A stretch of 64,000 nucleotides of DNA from Alphaproteobacteria bacterium (GTDB taxonomy: Bacteria > Pseudomonadota > Alphaproteobacteria > UBA2966), in assembly GCA_964291395.2 (NCBI GenBank), contig OZ219858.1:32001-96000 (forward strand), in the 5' to 3' direction. Below are positions 48,529 through 59,437 of this stretch, one piece after another (position 1 is the first letter of the stretch; the number at the start of each line of letters is the position of its first letter). Made by a program: the position numbers and the translations under genes. The notes below the pieces were generated by a model. It saw only the letters and a program-made list of their open reading frames with translations. It had not been told where the DNA came from and did not search any database.

Positions 48529-48932
48529 CCGGCAAGATACGCGATCACCTGGACTTCGAGCAGATAGTCCGGATCCGCGAGGCGGGAAACCTCCACGACG
48601 GTCGAAACGGGCCGTGTGTCGCCGAAGAATTCCGCGGCGACCGGACTGCCGAACTCACGGTAGCCGGCGAGGTCGGTGGCGAACACCGTACAGGAAACGA
48701 CGTCGGACGACCCCGCGCCGACTGCCGCCAGCGCCCGCCCGACGTTCGCGTATGCCGCCGCTGCCTGTGCCGCCATGTCGCCTCTCCCGATCAATGTGCC
48801 GTCCGTGTCCAGGGCCACCATCCCGGAGAGATGAATCTGCGTACCCGCCCTCGTTCGGATCACCTGCGGATAGGTTCTCCCGCCGGCATCTCGAAGCTCG
48901 TACAAGTCCGTCGGATTTATCCGCTCGATCAT
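48525..48932 (-). CDS. RidA/YjgF family protein
   Basis: YPQV, LSGMVA, P.ST.VEV.RL.....LLEV. Confidence 0.88.
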   Translation of the reverse strand: MIERINPTDLYELRDAGGRTYPQVIRTRAGTQIHLSGMVALDTDGTLIGRGDMAAQAAAAYANVGRALAAVGAGSSDVVSCTVFATDLAGYREFGSPVAAEFFGDTRPVSTVVEVSRLADPDYLLEVQVIAYLAG

Positions 48933-48963
48933 GATGGCTGGCGGCAACGTCGTTGGACTTGAA

Positions 48964-49968
48964 TCACCGGTTTGCCTCCCCGTCGATGCGCGTCGTGAGC
49001 TTTTTGTACATCTCCGGCCCTGCCATCACGGGCTGATATCGGGGCGGATTGCCGGGTGACGTACAGGTCTCGAGACACCGCACCTCCGTGTCATAGTTGG
49101 GGTGCAGGAAGTAGCCGATCGACTGGCGCCGGACACCCGCTTCGTCCGGTGACGGCACTTCGACCCGATGCCGGGTGGAAGCCCAGCGGTCGTTGGTCCA
49201 GCGCGCCATCATATCGCCGATATTGAGAACCAATTGTCCGGGACCCGCCGTGACATCCTCCCAAGCGCCGCCAGGCCTCTGTATCTGCAGGCCGCCGTTC
49301 CCGTCCCTGTGATCCATGGCCAAGAGCGTCACGCTACCGAAATCGGTGTGGGCGCCGCAGCGGAGCTGTCCCGGCTGGGGCGGCCCGGACAACGGTGGAT
49401 AATGGAAGGAGCCGAGCGGGCTGAAATGCCGGTCGATTTTATCCGCGAAGTACGTTTCGGGTAGATCCAGCGCCACGGCGAAGATCCGCATCACACGTTC
49501 GGCCAGGGAGTCCATCTTCTCGTAAAGGCGAAGATGGATGGCCTTGAAGCCTTCCGGACGATCCGGCCAGAGGTTCGGCGCGTAGAGATCTTCAACACCG
49601 GGGAGGCCCGCAAAATCGGGCGCGAACCGATCACCGGGCCCGACCGTGAAGATTTCCCGCAGATCGGGCGGCCGTTCCTCGCCCAAGGTCGCCGCGAGGT
49701 TCCGGGTGCGTGGTGCCGTGTAGCCCAAGAACTGCAGTGCGCCCGGCGATAGGCACCGCCGCTTCTCCGCCTCCGGCAGGTCGAAGAAGGCCCGCCCCGC
49801 CGCGAGGGCGGCATCGATATCCGTTCGAGGGACGCCATGCCCGGAGACGACGAGAAATCCTATGGTGCGGCACGCCGTGTCCACCGCCTCCGCGATCGAC
49901 TGCTTCTCGGTAGCGGACCCTTGATCGAACGGGCTGATATCGATGACGGGGATGGAATGCTCCGGCAT
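48964..49968 (-). CDS. Isopenicillin N synthase family 2OG-Fe(II) oxygenase
   Basis: IPVID, HTDFG, NIGDMMARWTN, STRHRV, RQS. Confidence 0.93.
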   Translation of the reverse strand: MPEHSIPVIDISPFDQGSATEKQSIAEAVDTACRTIGFLVVSGHGVPRTDIDAALAAGRAFFDLPEAEKRRCLSPGALQFLGYTAPRTRNLAATLGEERPPDLREIFTVGPGDRFAPDFAGLPGVEDLYAPNLWPDRPEGFKAIHLRLYEKMDSLAERVMRIFAVALDLPETYFADKIDRHFSPLGSFHYPPLSGPPQPGQLRCGAHTDFGSVTLLAMDHRDGNGGLQIQRPGGAWEDVTAGPGQLVLNIGDMMARWTNDRWASTRHRVEVPSPDEAGVRRQSIGYFLHPNYDTEVRCLETCTSPGNPPRYQPVMAGPEMYKKLTTRIDGEANR

Positions 49969-50113
49969 GACTCGTGCTGATCTCACTCAAACGTTCGCGC
50001 CGACCGACATCTTCTCATGCCTTGACCGGAGCGACCAGAAACCGGTTGTTTCAAGTGCCGTCCCCCACGGATAATGAACGAAGTTCACCATGGAAAAGGG
50101 GGGAACGAGCATC

Positions 50114-50326
50114 ATGGGTGAGATCGACGGCGACGCCATCTCTGTCTGGATAAAGGAGCACCAGGACCTCGATGTCACGCCAGAGCGAGCCAAGGAAATC
50201 GCGGCGATCGCCTTCCGCCTCAACCGCGTGACGCTTGACGCCGCCATGGCGCAGGAACATCTCGACGATCCCGCCCGGTATTTCCGGACACTCGTGGAGC
50301 TCGCCGACTTCAAGCGCGGCACATGA
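50114..50326 (+). CDS. Small protein coupled to amidase (possible accessory subunit)
   Basis: 70 aa, helical-looking; stop overlaps amidase start (ATGA). Confidence 0.65.
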   Translation: MGEIDGDAISVWIKEHQDLDVTPERAKEIAAIAFRLNRVTLDAAMAQEHLDDPARYFRTLVELADFKRGT

Positions 50327-51735
50327 ACCTCCCGCTCACCGATCTTACCTTGGCGCAGGCGGCCGATTCGATTCGCCGCCGCGACGTCACCGCCGTCGCC
50401 TTCACCGAAGCGGTCCTGGCGCGCGCAAATGCGGTTCAGCCCAAGACCAACTGTTTCCTCCGAGTCCATCGGGAGGAGGCCCTCGCGGCCGCCGAACGGG
50501 CCGACGCCGAAATTGCGGACGGCAACTGGCGTGGTCCGCTGCACGGCGTGCCGCTGGCCCACAAGGACGTATTCGACCGCGAGGGACACGTCGCAACGGC
50601 AGGCGCCATCCTGTTCGACACACCGGCGACCAGCCCGGCCACCGTGATGTCAAGGCTCGACGACGCCGGAGCCACGTACCTGGGAGCTTTGAATCTGGAC
50701 GAGTTTGCCGCCGGAGGCACCGGCGCCAACGATCACTACGGACGCACGTGCAACCCCTGGAACACGAACCACATCAGCGGAGGCTCGTCCGGCGGCTCGG
50801 GAGCGTGTGTCTCCGCGCGCGCGGCCTTTGGCGCGCTCGGCGGCGACGCCGGAGGATCGGTGCGAATCCCCGCGGCCATGTGCGGTGTCGTCGGCCTCAA
50901 GCCCACGTTCGGCCGCGTCAGCCGCGCCGGCACCGCACCGCGAACGTTTTCGGTGGACTGTACCGGCCCGATGACAAGGACGGCCGAGGACTGCGCCCTG
51001 ATGCTTCAGGCCATCGCGGGTCACGATCCCCGGGACCCGACCACGCCTGACGTTCCGGTGCCCGACTATCGCGCGGCGCTGCGCACGGACCTCGGGGGTG
51101 TTCGCATCGGGGTTGCCGTGGGAAACCCCTTCGATCAGGTGGAACCGGAAATAGCCGCCCTGTTGGCGTCCGCGGCCGACACGCTCCGCGATCTCGGCGC
51201 GGTCCTCGTGGATGTCACCGTGCCCGACGTGATGCGCCTCAACGACTTGCAGCAGATTCTCGGCAAGAGCGAGGCCGCCGTCATCTGTAGCAAGTGGATG
51301 CGCGAACGGCCGGGAGACATGACGTTTGACGCGATCAGCGTCGTCCAGGAGGGCCTGCTGATGCCGGCCACCCGATATCTCGAGGCGAAATCCCTGCGGG
51401 CGCCGCTGTTGGAGGCGCACGTGCGCGCCATCTACACGGAGATCGACGTGTTGTTTGCACCCGTTTTGGCCGGACCGACGCCCACCATCGCGGAGACCGA
51501 TTTCGAGGACCACGACCGGGTCGAGGAACTCTTCACCCGCTCGGCCAGATTCACGCGCTTCGCCAACTACCTCGGCACGCCAGCCCTTTCGGTCCCGTGC
51601 GGGTTTTCCGATGGCGGCTTGCCCGTGGCTTTTCAGCTTCACGGCCCGCCCTTCGGTGAAGCGCGACTCCTGGCCGTCGCCCACGCCTACCAGGGCGCCA
51701 CCGACCACCACGCCAAGGCCCCCCGGCTTCCCTAG
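50323..51735 (+). CDS. Amidase signature family protein (GatA/AtzE-like)
   Basis: GPLHGVPLAHKD, SGGSSGGS, GGDAGGSVRIPA. Confidence 0.95.
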   Translation: MNLPLTDLTLAQAADSIRRRDVTAVAFTEAVLARANAVQPKTNCFLRVHREEALAAAERADAEIADGNWRGPLHGVPLAHKDVFDREGHVATAGAILFDTPATSPATVMSRLDDAGATYLGALNLDEFAAGGTGANDHYGRTCNPWNTNHISGGSSGGSGACVSARAAFGALGGDAGGSVRIPAAMCGVVGLKPTFGRVSRAGTAPRTFSVDCTGPMTRTAEDCALMLQAIAGHDPRDPTTPDVPVPDYRAALRTDLGGVRIGVAVGNPFDQVEPEIAALLASAADTLRDLGAVLVDVTVPDVMRLNDLQQILGKSEAAVICSKWMRERPGDMTFDAISVVQEGLLMPATRYLEAKSLRAPLLEAHVRAIYTEIDVLFAPVLAGPTPTIAETDFEDHDRVEELFTRSARFTRFANYLGTPALSVPCGFSDGGLPVAFQLHGPPFGEARLLAVAHAYQGATDHHAKAPRLP

Positions 51736-51884
51736 GCGCGACCGACAGGGCGGGCGAAGGAGCCCACGACGAGAACGCCGGCAGCAGCGCGGAACCCTTG
51801 CGGCGCGCCGTTCTGGCGGTTCCCGGGGTCCGGTGTTCTAATCAAGGGGCTGCTTTCCACATCCCCGTTTCAGGAGTCTCAACC

Positions 51885-52292
51885 ATGGCAACCAACGCGG
51901 AGGTCATCAGGCTCGACCCCGATCCCTTCAAGGACTTCCACATCGCCCAGGGTTACCGCGTCGGCGACATCATCATCATCTCAGGGCAGGTGGCCATCAC
52001 CGAGGACGGCCGGATCATCGACGGAGACTTCGACACCCAGGCGGAGGCGACATTCCGCAACATTCAACGTGTGCTCGAAGCGGCCGGCTCGTCGCTGGAC
52101 AAGGTTATCAAGGTCACGATCTACCTGACCGACATGCAGGCACATCGAGGCCGCATCATGGAACTGCGGCGAAAGTGGTTCTCGCCCCCCTATCCGGCAG
52201 ACACGCTGGTCGGCGTGAAGGAACTCGGGCATCCCAGCCGCCTGCTGGAGATCGAGGCGATCGCGCTCGCCAACGGCGACATCATCGGGTGA
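51885..52292 (+). CDS. RidA/YjgF family protein
   Basis: ISGQVA, NIQRVLEAAG, KVTIYLTD, PADTLVGV, LLEIEAIA; AGGAG RBS. Confidence 0.92.
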   Translation: MATNAEVIRLDPDPFKDFHIAQGYRVGDIIIISGQVAITEDGRIIDGDFDTQAEATFRNIQRVLEAAGSSLDKVIKVTIYLTDMQAHRGRIMELRRKWFSPPYPADTLVGVKELGHPSRLLEIEAIALANGDIIG

Positions 52293-52335
52293 CGGCCCGG
52301 CCAAGGAAACCCGCAGGCGTACCCGGGTGGGGACC

Positions 52336-52674
52336 TCAGCGCCGGTCCCCCCACTCGCGGGTCGGGCCGGCACCCGCGGGCACCTCGTCGATGATGAAGA
52401 CATCGCCGTCGGAGCATGCCTTGCGGATCTCGGCCGCCGCCTGATATTCGTCCGAGTCGTACCAGGCGTGGGCGGCCTCTCTCGACTCGAAAGCGAGTAT
52501 CACGAAACGTCCGGGCTGGAAGCTTCCCTCCACGATCTCGGCGTCTCCGGCAGCCCCGGCGCGTCCGACATACCATCCGCCATGGGCGGCGACCGTTTTG
52601 GAAACCGAGGCGCTGTAGGCCTTGTAGCCCTCGGGATCGTGGACATTGATGTTGGCGACAACGTAGACGGTCAT
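52336..52674 (-). CDS. DUF1330 domain protein (paralog of 3499-3840)
   Basis: VYVVANINV.DPEGY..Y, HGGWYVGR, PGRFVILAFES, WY.S..YQ; GGAGG RBS. Confidence 0.88.
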   Translation of the reverse strand: MTVYVVANINVHDPEGYKAYSASVSKTVAAHGGWYVGRAGAAGDAEIVEGSFQPGRFVILAFESREAAHAWYDSDEYQAAAEIRKACSDGDVFIIDEVPAGAGPTREWGDRR

Positions 52675-52875
52675 CGGGGTCCTCCCGGTTCGCTTGCGGC
52701 ATCGGCCGAATGGTGACGCGTCGGCGCGGCACGGTCCAGAGCCGACGGCCGGAACCACGGCCGATCACGAAAGTGTGGCGGTCCCACCCGACACGAGATG
52801 GAATGCTTGGCGGACGTGTCGCGTTTTTGGGCGCGGCCGGTTCGCGCCATGTGGCCGGAGGACGGGGAGAAACCT

Positions 52876-53344
52876 ATGAAACCCGTCACATCGCGCGCTT
52901 TCGCCGTCGCTTGCCTCGCCGTGGCGCTGCTGGTGCCGGATGCGAATCACGCCCAGGCCAAACGCGCCATCACCTACATTACTGATCCCATCCACGCGGA
53001 GGCGGCCACGCGGCTCGAAGCCGAGATCAGCAAGCGATTCAATCGGCCGATCGGTATCTGATCCTCGGCCACGATCACCGCGACCGCAGCGCCGACGGCG
53101 AGGTCTTTTCCGACACCGCGACGGTGATCGCTCGAGAGAAGGCCAAGGACGCGATCATCGGCGGCACCACGAGGACCTGTACGACGCCGTTGTCGCGGCC
53201 GCGCGCGGCGGCCAGAGCCTGGAACAGATGAAGGCATCGATCACGCTCGACGAGTACAAGAACCGGGGTTCCTACGCCGATTGGCGCGAGCTCGACATCG
53301 AAGAGGTCTACGCCCGTGTTGCACTGCAACGACGCGGAGACTGA
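52876..53344 (+). pseudogene. Degraded exported MBL-fold metallo-hydrolase
   Basis: Signal peptide and DPI...LEAEISKRF in one frame; YLILGHDHRDR (decayed HxHxDH) in a second; C-terminal EQMKASITLDEY in a third; far too short. Confidence 0.7.
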
Positions 53345-53421
53345 ACGAATGTGAACCAGGGCGTCCACATGCACAGGACCGGCATGGCAGACTGTGCCGC
53401 AAACGACAAAGGACGAACCCG

Positions 53422-54603
53422 ATGTATGACGCCACCAAGGACATCATCCTGCCGACGACCATCACCGGATCCCTGCCCCGCCCGAAGTGGTTCACGGGAA
53501 ACCTGGGCGCCCGCTCGTTCCTCGAAGCGATGATGGAGTCCGCATACCGGGAACAGTACACGGACACCGTCTCGGCCTATCTCCGGGAACAGGAAACCGC
53601 CGGTCTCGACATCTGCACTGATGGCGACGCCCACTACGACGAACAGATCGGTGGCCAGAGCTGGACGTCCTACCCTCTGTTCCACATGGACGGCTTCGAC
53701 CGGCATCGCCCGGAGCTCTCGCGTATGCAGACGGGCGGCGTCGACTGGCCCAGGGGTCATATCCTGCACGACTACCTGGAAGCCCGGGTGATGCCGCGCA
53801 TCATCGGCCCCGTAGGGCGCGGCGATCTCCAGTACACGGAAATGTGGAAGACGGCCCAGGGTCTGACGCCCAAGCCCGTGAAGTTCGGCACCATCGTGCC
53901 CGACCTACTCGCCATGGCAGTGCAGGACGACTACTACGAGGATCCCGTCGACCGCCTTATGGCGCTGAGCGCGGCGATCCACGAAGAACTCACGGCGCTC
54001 GCCGACGCCGGCTGCCGCGTCATCCAAATCGAGGAGCCGCCGTTGCACCTGATCCCGGGTCGGGGCTCCGTGTTCGACAAGCTCGGCATGCCCGAGCTCG
54101 TGGAGGTGTTCAACGCCACCGCCAAGGGCCTACGGGACAAGACCGAGGTCTGGTGCCACACCTGCTGGGGCAACCCATGCCAGCAGGGCGTCTTCTCGGA
54201 CGTGCACAGCTACGAGCCGGCTCTCGAATACATGAACCAGCTCGACGCCGACGTGATCACGTTCGAGTCGTGCAGCACGGGACATATGGATATCGAGGCC
54301 ATCGGCAGGACCATCACTGACAAGAAGATCGCCATCGGCGTCATCAACCACCGCACCCTCCAGGTCGAAAGCCCCCGAGAGGTCGCCGAGAGCATCCGCA
54401 CGGCGCTGAAGCACGTCCCGGCCGAGCGACTGGTCATCAGCACCGACTGTGGCATGGGGCGCGAGGGCATGAGCCGACGCCATGCGCGGTACAAGGTGGT
54501 CGCCCTGGTTCAAGGCACGAACATCGTGCGCCGCGAGCTCGGCCTGCCCGAAGCGGAATGCCTGGCGGCGGACGAGCGATATTCGCTGGTGACGGGGGAG
54601 TAG
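53422..54603 (+). CDS. Cobalamin-independent methionine synthase II family protein
   Basis: TTITGSLPRP, QETAGLD..TDG, IQIEEP, HTCWGN, TFE, TDCG (Zn ligands). Confidence 0.9.
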   Translation: MYDATKDIILPTTITGSLPRPKWFTGNLGARSFLEAMMESAYREQYTDTVSAYLREQETAGLDICTDGDAHYDEQIGGQSWTSYPLFHMDGFDRHRPELSRMQTGGVDWPRGHILHDYLEARVMPRIIGPVGRGDLQYTEMWKTAQGLTPKPVKFGTIVPDLLAMAVQDDYYEDPVDRLMALSAAIHEELTALADAGCRVIQIEEPPLHLIPGRGSVFDKLGMPELVEVFNATAKGLRDKTEVWCHTCWGNPCQQGVFSDVHSYEPALEYMNQLDADVITFESCSTGHMDIEAIGRTITDKKIAIGVINHRTLQVESPREVAESIRTALKHVPAERLVISTDCGMGREGMSRRHARYKVVALVQGTNIVRRELGLPEAECLAADERYSLVTGE

Positions 54604-54606
54604 GGT

Positions 54607-56205
54607 TCAGGCTGCGTCTTCGAGGATCATCGCGGCGGCCTTCTCGCCGATCATGATGGCCGCGGCGTTGGTGTTGCCGGAGACGATCGTCGGCATGATG
54701 GAGGCATCGGCGACGCGCAACCCCTCGATGCCGCGGACCCTGAGACGCGGATCGACCACCGCGCCATCATCGACGCCCATGCGGCAGGTCCCCGTGGGGT
54801 GATAGATGGTGCCGCCGATCTCACGCGCGCACGCCAGCAGTTCCTCGTCGGTCCGATAGTCGGGGCCGGGGTCGACCTCGCGCTTGACGTACCTCGCAAA
54901 GGCCGGCTTGGCGGCGATCTCTCGCGCAAGCTTCATGCCGGCGACGGTTGTCGTGCGATCGATCTCCTCGGCCAGATAGTTAGGACGGATCCTCGGATGA
55001 ATCTTGGGATCGCTCGACGTGACCATGATGTCGCCCCGGCTCTCGGGTCGGCATTGCGAGGACACCAGCGTCACCCCTGGAAAATCGTGCAGGCCCAGGC
55101 GGGGATTGGGCGTGCTGAGGGGCATGAGGAACAATTGGAGGTCGGGTGTCGTCAATTCGGGGCGCGAGCGCGTAAAGAGAAAAGCTTGCCCGGCGGAGAT
55201 GGTGAGCGGCCCCTTGCGCGTCAGCAAGTACTGGATACCCATCATCAGCTTCTTGAACGGGTCGCGGACATCGCCGTTCAGGGAATGAAGCCCGTCCAGT
55301 TCGAAGACGCCGCGCACCTGGAAATGATCCTGGAGATTGCGGCCAACCTCCGGCAGGTCGTGCACCACCGGGATTCCCAAGTCGCGCAGATGTTCCGGAT
55401 CGCCGATACCGGAAAGCTGCAGCAACTGCGGTGAGTTGACCGAGCCGCCCGACAACACGATCTCGCGGTTCGCCCGAACCTGCCCTTCCTCGCCTCCGCG
55501 CGTATAGTCGATCGCCGTTGCGCGTCCCTCCTCGACGAGGATGCCGGTCACGAGCGCTCGCGTCATGACTCGGAAATTAGGGCGTTTCCTGGCCGGCCGC
55601 AGGAATGCTACCGAGGCGCTGGAGCGGAGTCCGTTGCGCGTCGTCGTCTGATAATACCCAATGCCGTCCTGGTAGACCCCGTTGTAGTCTGGATTGTCCT
55701 GGAATCCTGCCTCCCGACAAGCCTCGAGAAAGGCCTCGCAGGCAGGGCGCCGGTCGGAGATCTCCTGGACACCCAGGTAGCCGCCCACGGCACGGTAGTC
55801 GTCCGCGCCTTTCTCGTAGTCCTCCGAGCGCTTGAAATGGGGTAGGACGTCCTCATAGCTCCATCCCGTGTTGCCGAGCTGGCGCCAATGGTCGTAGTCC
55901 GCGTCCTGGCCCCGGACATAAAGAATACCGTTGATCGAACTGCTGCCGCCCAGCACCCGCCCGCGTGGCCAAGCGATCTTGCGTCCGTTGAGGTTGGGAT
56001 CCGGCTCCGTCTCGTAGTGCCAGGAGAGGTCGGGATGGTACATGTTCCTGTAGTAGCCGACGGGGATGTGAATCCACGGGTTCCAGTCCCGCCCGCCCGC
56101 TTCCAGCAGCAGTACCTTGTTCCTCGGGTCTTCGGATAGCCGGCTGGCCACAACGCAGCCAGCGGATCCCGCACCGATGATGATGTAATCGTAGGTCTCG
56201 CTCAC
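54607..56205 (-). CDS. GMC family oxidoreductase (choline dehydrogenase-like)
   Basis: [46 protein letters not shown]. Confidence 0.95.
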   Translation of the reverse strand: MSETYDYIIIGAGSAGCVVASRLSEDPRNKVLLLEAGGRDWNPWIHIPVGYYRNMYHPDLSWHYETEPDPNLNGRKIAWPRGRVLGGSSSINGILYVRGQDADYDHWRQLGNTGWSYEDVLPHFKRSEDYEKGADDYRAVGGYLGVQEISDRRPACEAFLEACREAGFQDNPDYNGVYQDGIGYYQTTTRNGLRSSASVAFLRPARKRPNFRVMTRALVTGILVEEGRATAIDYTRGGEEGQVRANREIVLSGGSVNSPQLLQLSGIGDPEHLRDLGIPVVHDLPEVGRNLQDHFQVRGVFELDGLHSLNGDVRDPFKKLMMGIQYLLTRKGPLTISAGQAFLFTRSRPELTTPDLQLFLMPLSTPNPRLGLHDFPGVTLVSSQCRPESRGDIMVTSSDPKIHPRIRPNYLAEEIDRTTTVAGMKLAREIAAKPAFARYVKREVDPGPDYRTDEELLACAREIGGTIYHPTGTCRMGVDDGAVVDPRLRVRGIEGLRVADASIMPTIVSGNTNAAAIMIGEKAAAMILEDAA

Positions 56206-56258
56206 GCGCGCCCTCCCAGGCTTCACGGATATACGGGCCGGCGGGAGCAATCAAGGAC

Positions 56259-56334
<76 letters not shown>

Positions 56335-56396
56335 TCTGCGCGATTGAGTAGTCGAGCGTCCGGGCAAAGGCAAGAGCCCGAGGCACGCCTTGCCCA

Positions 56397-57554
56397 TTAT
56401 AACTCCTCCATCTGGGCGCGCCGGGGCAGGCGTACGTCGCGGTGGATGTAGACGCTCATGACCAGCCCGAAGCCCACCAGGATGGTCACCATGGCGGTGC
56501 CCCCGTAGGAAACGAGCGGCAGCGGCACGCCGACGACGGGCACCAGGCCCGTCACCATGGCGATGTTGATGAAAAAATAGACGAAGAAGGTCGCCGCGAT
56601 CCCCATCGCCAGCAGGCGTCCGAATTGATTGCGCGAGCGCAGCGCGATGGCGATGGCATAAATGAGCATGACGACATAGAGCGCCAGCAGACCGAGCGCC
56701 CCCACCAAACCCAACTCCTCCGCAAGCATCGTGAAGATAAAGTCGGTCTGCATCTCGGGCAGGAAGTTGAGATGGCTCTGGGTTCCCTGCAAGAAGCCCT
56801 TGCCGAACAGGCCGCCCGAACCCAACGCGATCTTCGACTGCAGAATGTGATAGCCGGCACCCAGGGGATCGCGCTCGGGGCTGAGGAAAATGAGGATGCG
56901 CTCACGCTGGTAATCGTGCAGGTAGTGCCAAGCGAAGGGGACGGCCGCTACGGCGGCCATGATCGCGGCGCCGAACATCCACAGCCGCACGCCGGCGAGA
57001 AAGAACATTGACACGGCGCCGATCAACAGCAAAAGCGCCGTTCCGAGGTCCGGCTGGCGCAATACCAGCGCCACTGGAATGATCACCATCAACGTCGGCA
57101 CGACGAGTCTCCGCGACTGGGCGACATCTTCGTGGGCGACGCCGTGGAAATAGCGGGCGAGCGCCAGAACGAGAGCGATTTTCATAACCTCCGATGGCTG
57201 CAGTTGGAAGGGGCCGAGATCGACCCACCGCTGCGCCCCCATGCCGACTGTCCCGACGACCTCCACGGCGACCAGCAGCGCCAGGGCGACGCCGTAGATG
57301 AGGAACGCCGCCCGCAGCCAGAACCGGACGTCCACGACGGCGACGATCAGCATCAGAGTGAAACCCACACCAAAACGGATCAGTTGTCGTGATACCCACG
57401 TTTCGGTCGAGCCGCCCGAGATCGAATACAACGTTGCGAACCCGATCAAGGCCGTGATGACGATGAGTAGCATGAGACCCCAGTTCAGCTGCCAGATACG
57501 CTGAACAAAAGTGAGGCGGCTCTCGCTCAGGTTGTTTGAGGTTCGGACCGCCAT
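56397..57554 (-). CDS. rodA: Rod shape-determining protein RodA
   Basis: GAQRW, QPSE.MK, QPDLGT, YQ..R, PEMQTDFIF, VSYGG; downstream of PBP2. Confidence 0.96.
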   Translation of the reverse strand: MAVRTSNNLSESRLTFVQRIWQLNWGLMLLIVITALIGFATLYSISGGSTETWVSRQLIRFGVGFTLMLIVAVVDVRFWLRAAFLIYGVALALLVAVEVVGTVGMGAQRWVDLGPFQLQPSEVMKIALVLALARYFHGVAHEDVAQSRRLVVPTLMVIIPVALVLRQPDLGTALLLLIGAVSMFFLAGVRLWMFGAAIMAAVAAVPFAWHYLHDYQRERILIFLSPERDPLGAGYHILQSKIALGSGGLFGKGFLQGTQSHLNFLPEMQTDFIFTMLAEELGLVGALGLLALYVVMLIYAIAIALRSRNQFGRLLAMGIAATFFVYFFINIAMVTGLVPVVGVPLPLVSYGGTAMVTILVGFGLVMSVYIHRDVRLPRRAQMEEL

Positions 57555-57555
57555 G

Positions 57556-59436
57556 TCAAATCTCGGTGGGCGTTTCGTCCGCGACGAGCTCGCCGACTGC
57601 CAGCACCCGGCCCGGATCTCGCCGTTGCACTTCTGCCAGCACATCGCGTGCCACGGGAGCCGCCGCGGAAGCACCGCCGCCACCGTGTTCGATCACTACC
57701 GCCACCGCATAGCGGGGGCTGTCGAAAGGCGCGAAACCCACGAACAGCCCGTGGTCCCGGTCCCTCCACGGGCGCTCTTCGTTCTTCAGCAGGCGCGTCT
57801 GTCGCTCGGCCTTGGTGATGCGTCGGACCTGAACGGTTCCTGTCTTCCCCGCGATCTCCATGCCGGGCTTGCGGATTCGGGAGCGGTAGGCCGTGCCGCG
57901 AGGACTGTTACTGACCAGATCCATCGCCCGGTGAATGAGTGACAGGGATCCCGCCGATAGTCCGAGCGCCTCCCGTGGCGGGGGCGCCGTCGCCTGCTGA
58001 ACCGATGCCTGCGGCTCATGCGCGATCAGCGTCGGCTTCACCCGGAACCCGCCGTTCGCGATCTGGGCGGTCATGACGGCCAGTTGCAACGGCGTGACCA
58101 GCAGATAGCCTTGACCGATTCCTGTCACCAGCGTCTCGCCCTGGTGCCAGGGTTGACCGAGGCGCTCTCGCTTCCATTCGCGGCTCGGGACGAGGCCGTC
58201 CTTCTCGCCCTCGATGCCGATGTCGGTGGGAACCCCGAGGCCCAACCGCTTGGCCATCTGGCTGATCCGGTCGACGCCGACGCGGCGCGCGACGTCGTAG
58301 AAATGAATATCGCAGGACTGCTCGATGGCGTTGACCAGCGACAGCTTTCCGTGGCCACCCTTTTTCCAGCAATGAAAGAAGCGGTCGCCGAATTCGATCC
58401 TGCCGGAGCAGAATACCCGATGGTCGGTCGAGATCACCCCGGCTTCCAGGCCAGCCAGCGCGACGATCATCTTGAAGGTCGACCCCGGCGCGTACTGGCC
58501 GCTGACCGCGCGATGCACCAGCGGCGTTCGGGGATGGCGACTCAACGCACGCCATTGTTCCACGCTGAGGCCTAGATTGAAGGCATTCGGGTCGAAGCTC
58601 GGCGCCGAAACGAGAGCCAGCACGTCTCCCGTATGCACGTCCATGACCACCACCGATCCGGCTTCGTTGCCCAGGCGTTCGTGTGCGAAGCGCTGCAACT
58701 CCATATCGATGGACAGACGGACGTCCCGTCCGGGCTCGCCGTCTTCCCTTTCGAGCTCGCGAATGGCCCGGCCGTAGGCGTTGACCTCGACCTGGCTGTT
58801 TCCGGCCGTGCCACGAAGCACTTTCTCACGAGCCTTCTCGATACCACTCTTGCCAATACGGAACCCGGGAAGCTCAAGCAGCGGATCGCCGGTCTGCTCT
58901 TCCGGCGATACGGGGCCAACGTAGCCGACGGGATGGGCCAACGACTGGCCGTAAGGATAGAATCGCGTTTCTCCGACGTCGGGCTGTACGCCAGGCAAAT
59001 CGGGCATGTGCACATTAATCCGCGCAAACTCTTCCCAAGACAGGTTTTCGAGGACCGTAACCGGCATGAAGCTGGCGTTGCGTTCGGCATCGCGCAGCAC
59101 CCGCCGCTGGTCACGGTCGTCGAGCGACACCAGACTCCGCAGCACGAAAAGGGTTCGTTCCACGCTGGGCGTCTGCTCGGGAATCAGAAGAATCCGATAG
59201 TTCCGCCGATTCCTGGCCACCTCGACTCCGAAGCGGTCGAGGATTCGACCCCGGGTCCGCGGCAACAAACGCCAGGAAATCCGGTTCTCGTCGGCGAGCA
59301 CGCGGTAGCGGTCGGCGCTGACCACCTGGAGGTAATAGAGACGTCCCACGAGTACGGTAGTGAGCGCCGCCGCGCCGCCCGAAAATATCAACGCCCGACG
59401 GGTGAATGCCTTCTGCCGTACGATATCTTGCTGCAT
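57556..59436 (-). CDS. mrdA: Penicillin-binding protein 2
   Basis: RGRILDR, PGSTFK (SxxK), SCD, KTGT. Confidence 0.96.
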   Translation of the reverse strand: MQQDIVRQKAFTRRALIFSGGAAALTTVLVGRLYYLQVVSADRYRVLADENRISWRLLPRTRGRILDRFGVEVARNRRNYRILLIPEQTPSVERTLFVLRSLVSLDDRDQRRVLRDAERNASFMPVTVLENLSWEEFARINVHMPDLPGVQPDVGETRFYPYGQSLAHPVGYVGPVSPEEQTGDPLLELPGFRIGKSGIEKAREKVLRGTAGNSQVEVNAYGRAIRELEREDGEPGRDVRLSIDMELQRFAHERLGNEAGSVVVMDVHTGDVLALVSAPSFDPNAFNLGLSVEQWRALSRHPRTPLVHRAVSGQYAPGSTFKMIVALAGLEAGVISTDHRVFCSGRIEFGDRFFHCWKKGGHGKLSLVNAIEQSCDIHFYDVARRVGVDRISQMAKRLGLGVPTDIGIEGEKDGLVPSREWKRERLGQPWHQGETLVTGIGQGYLLVTPLQLAVMTAQIANGGFRVKPTLIAHEPQASVQQATAPPPREALGLSAGSLSLIHRAMDLVSNSPRGTAYRSRIRKPGMEIAGKTGTVQVRRITKAERQTRLLKNEERPWRDRDHGLFVGFAPFDSPRYAVAVVIEHGGGGASAAAPVARDVLAEVQRRDPGRVLAVGELVADETPTEI

Positions 59437-59437
59437 G

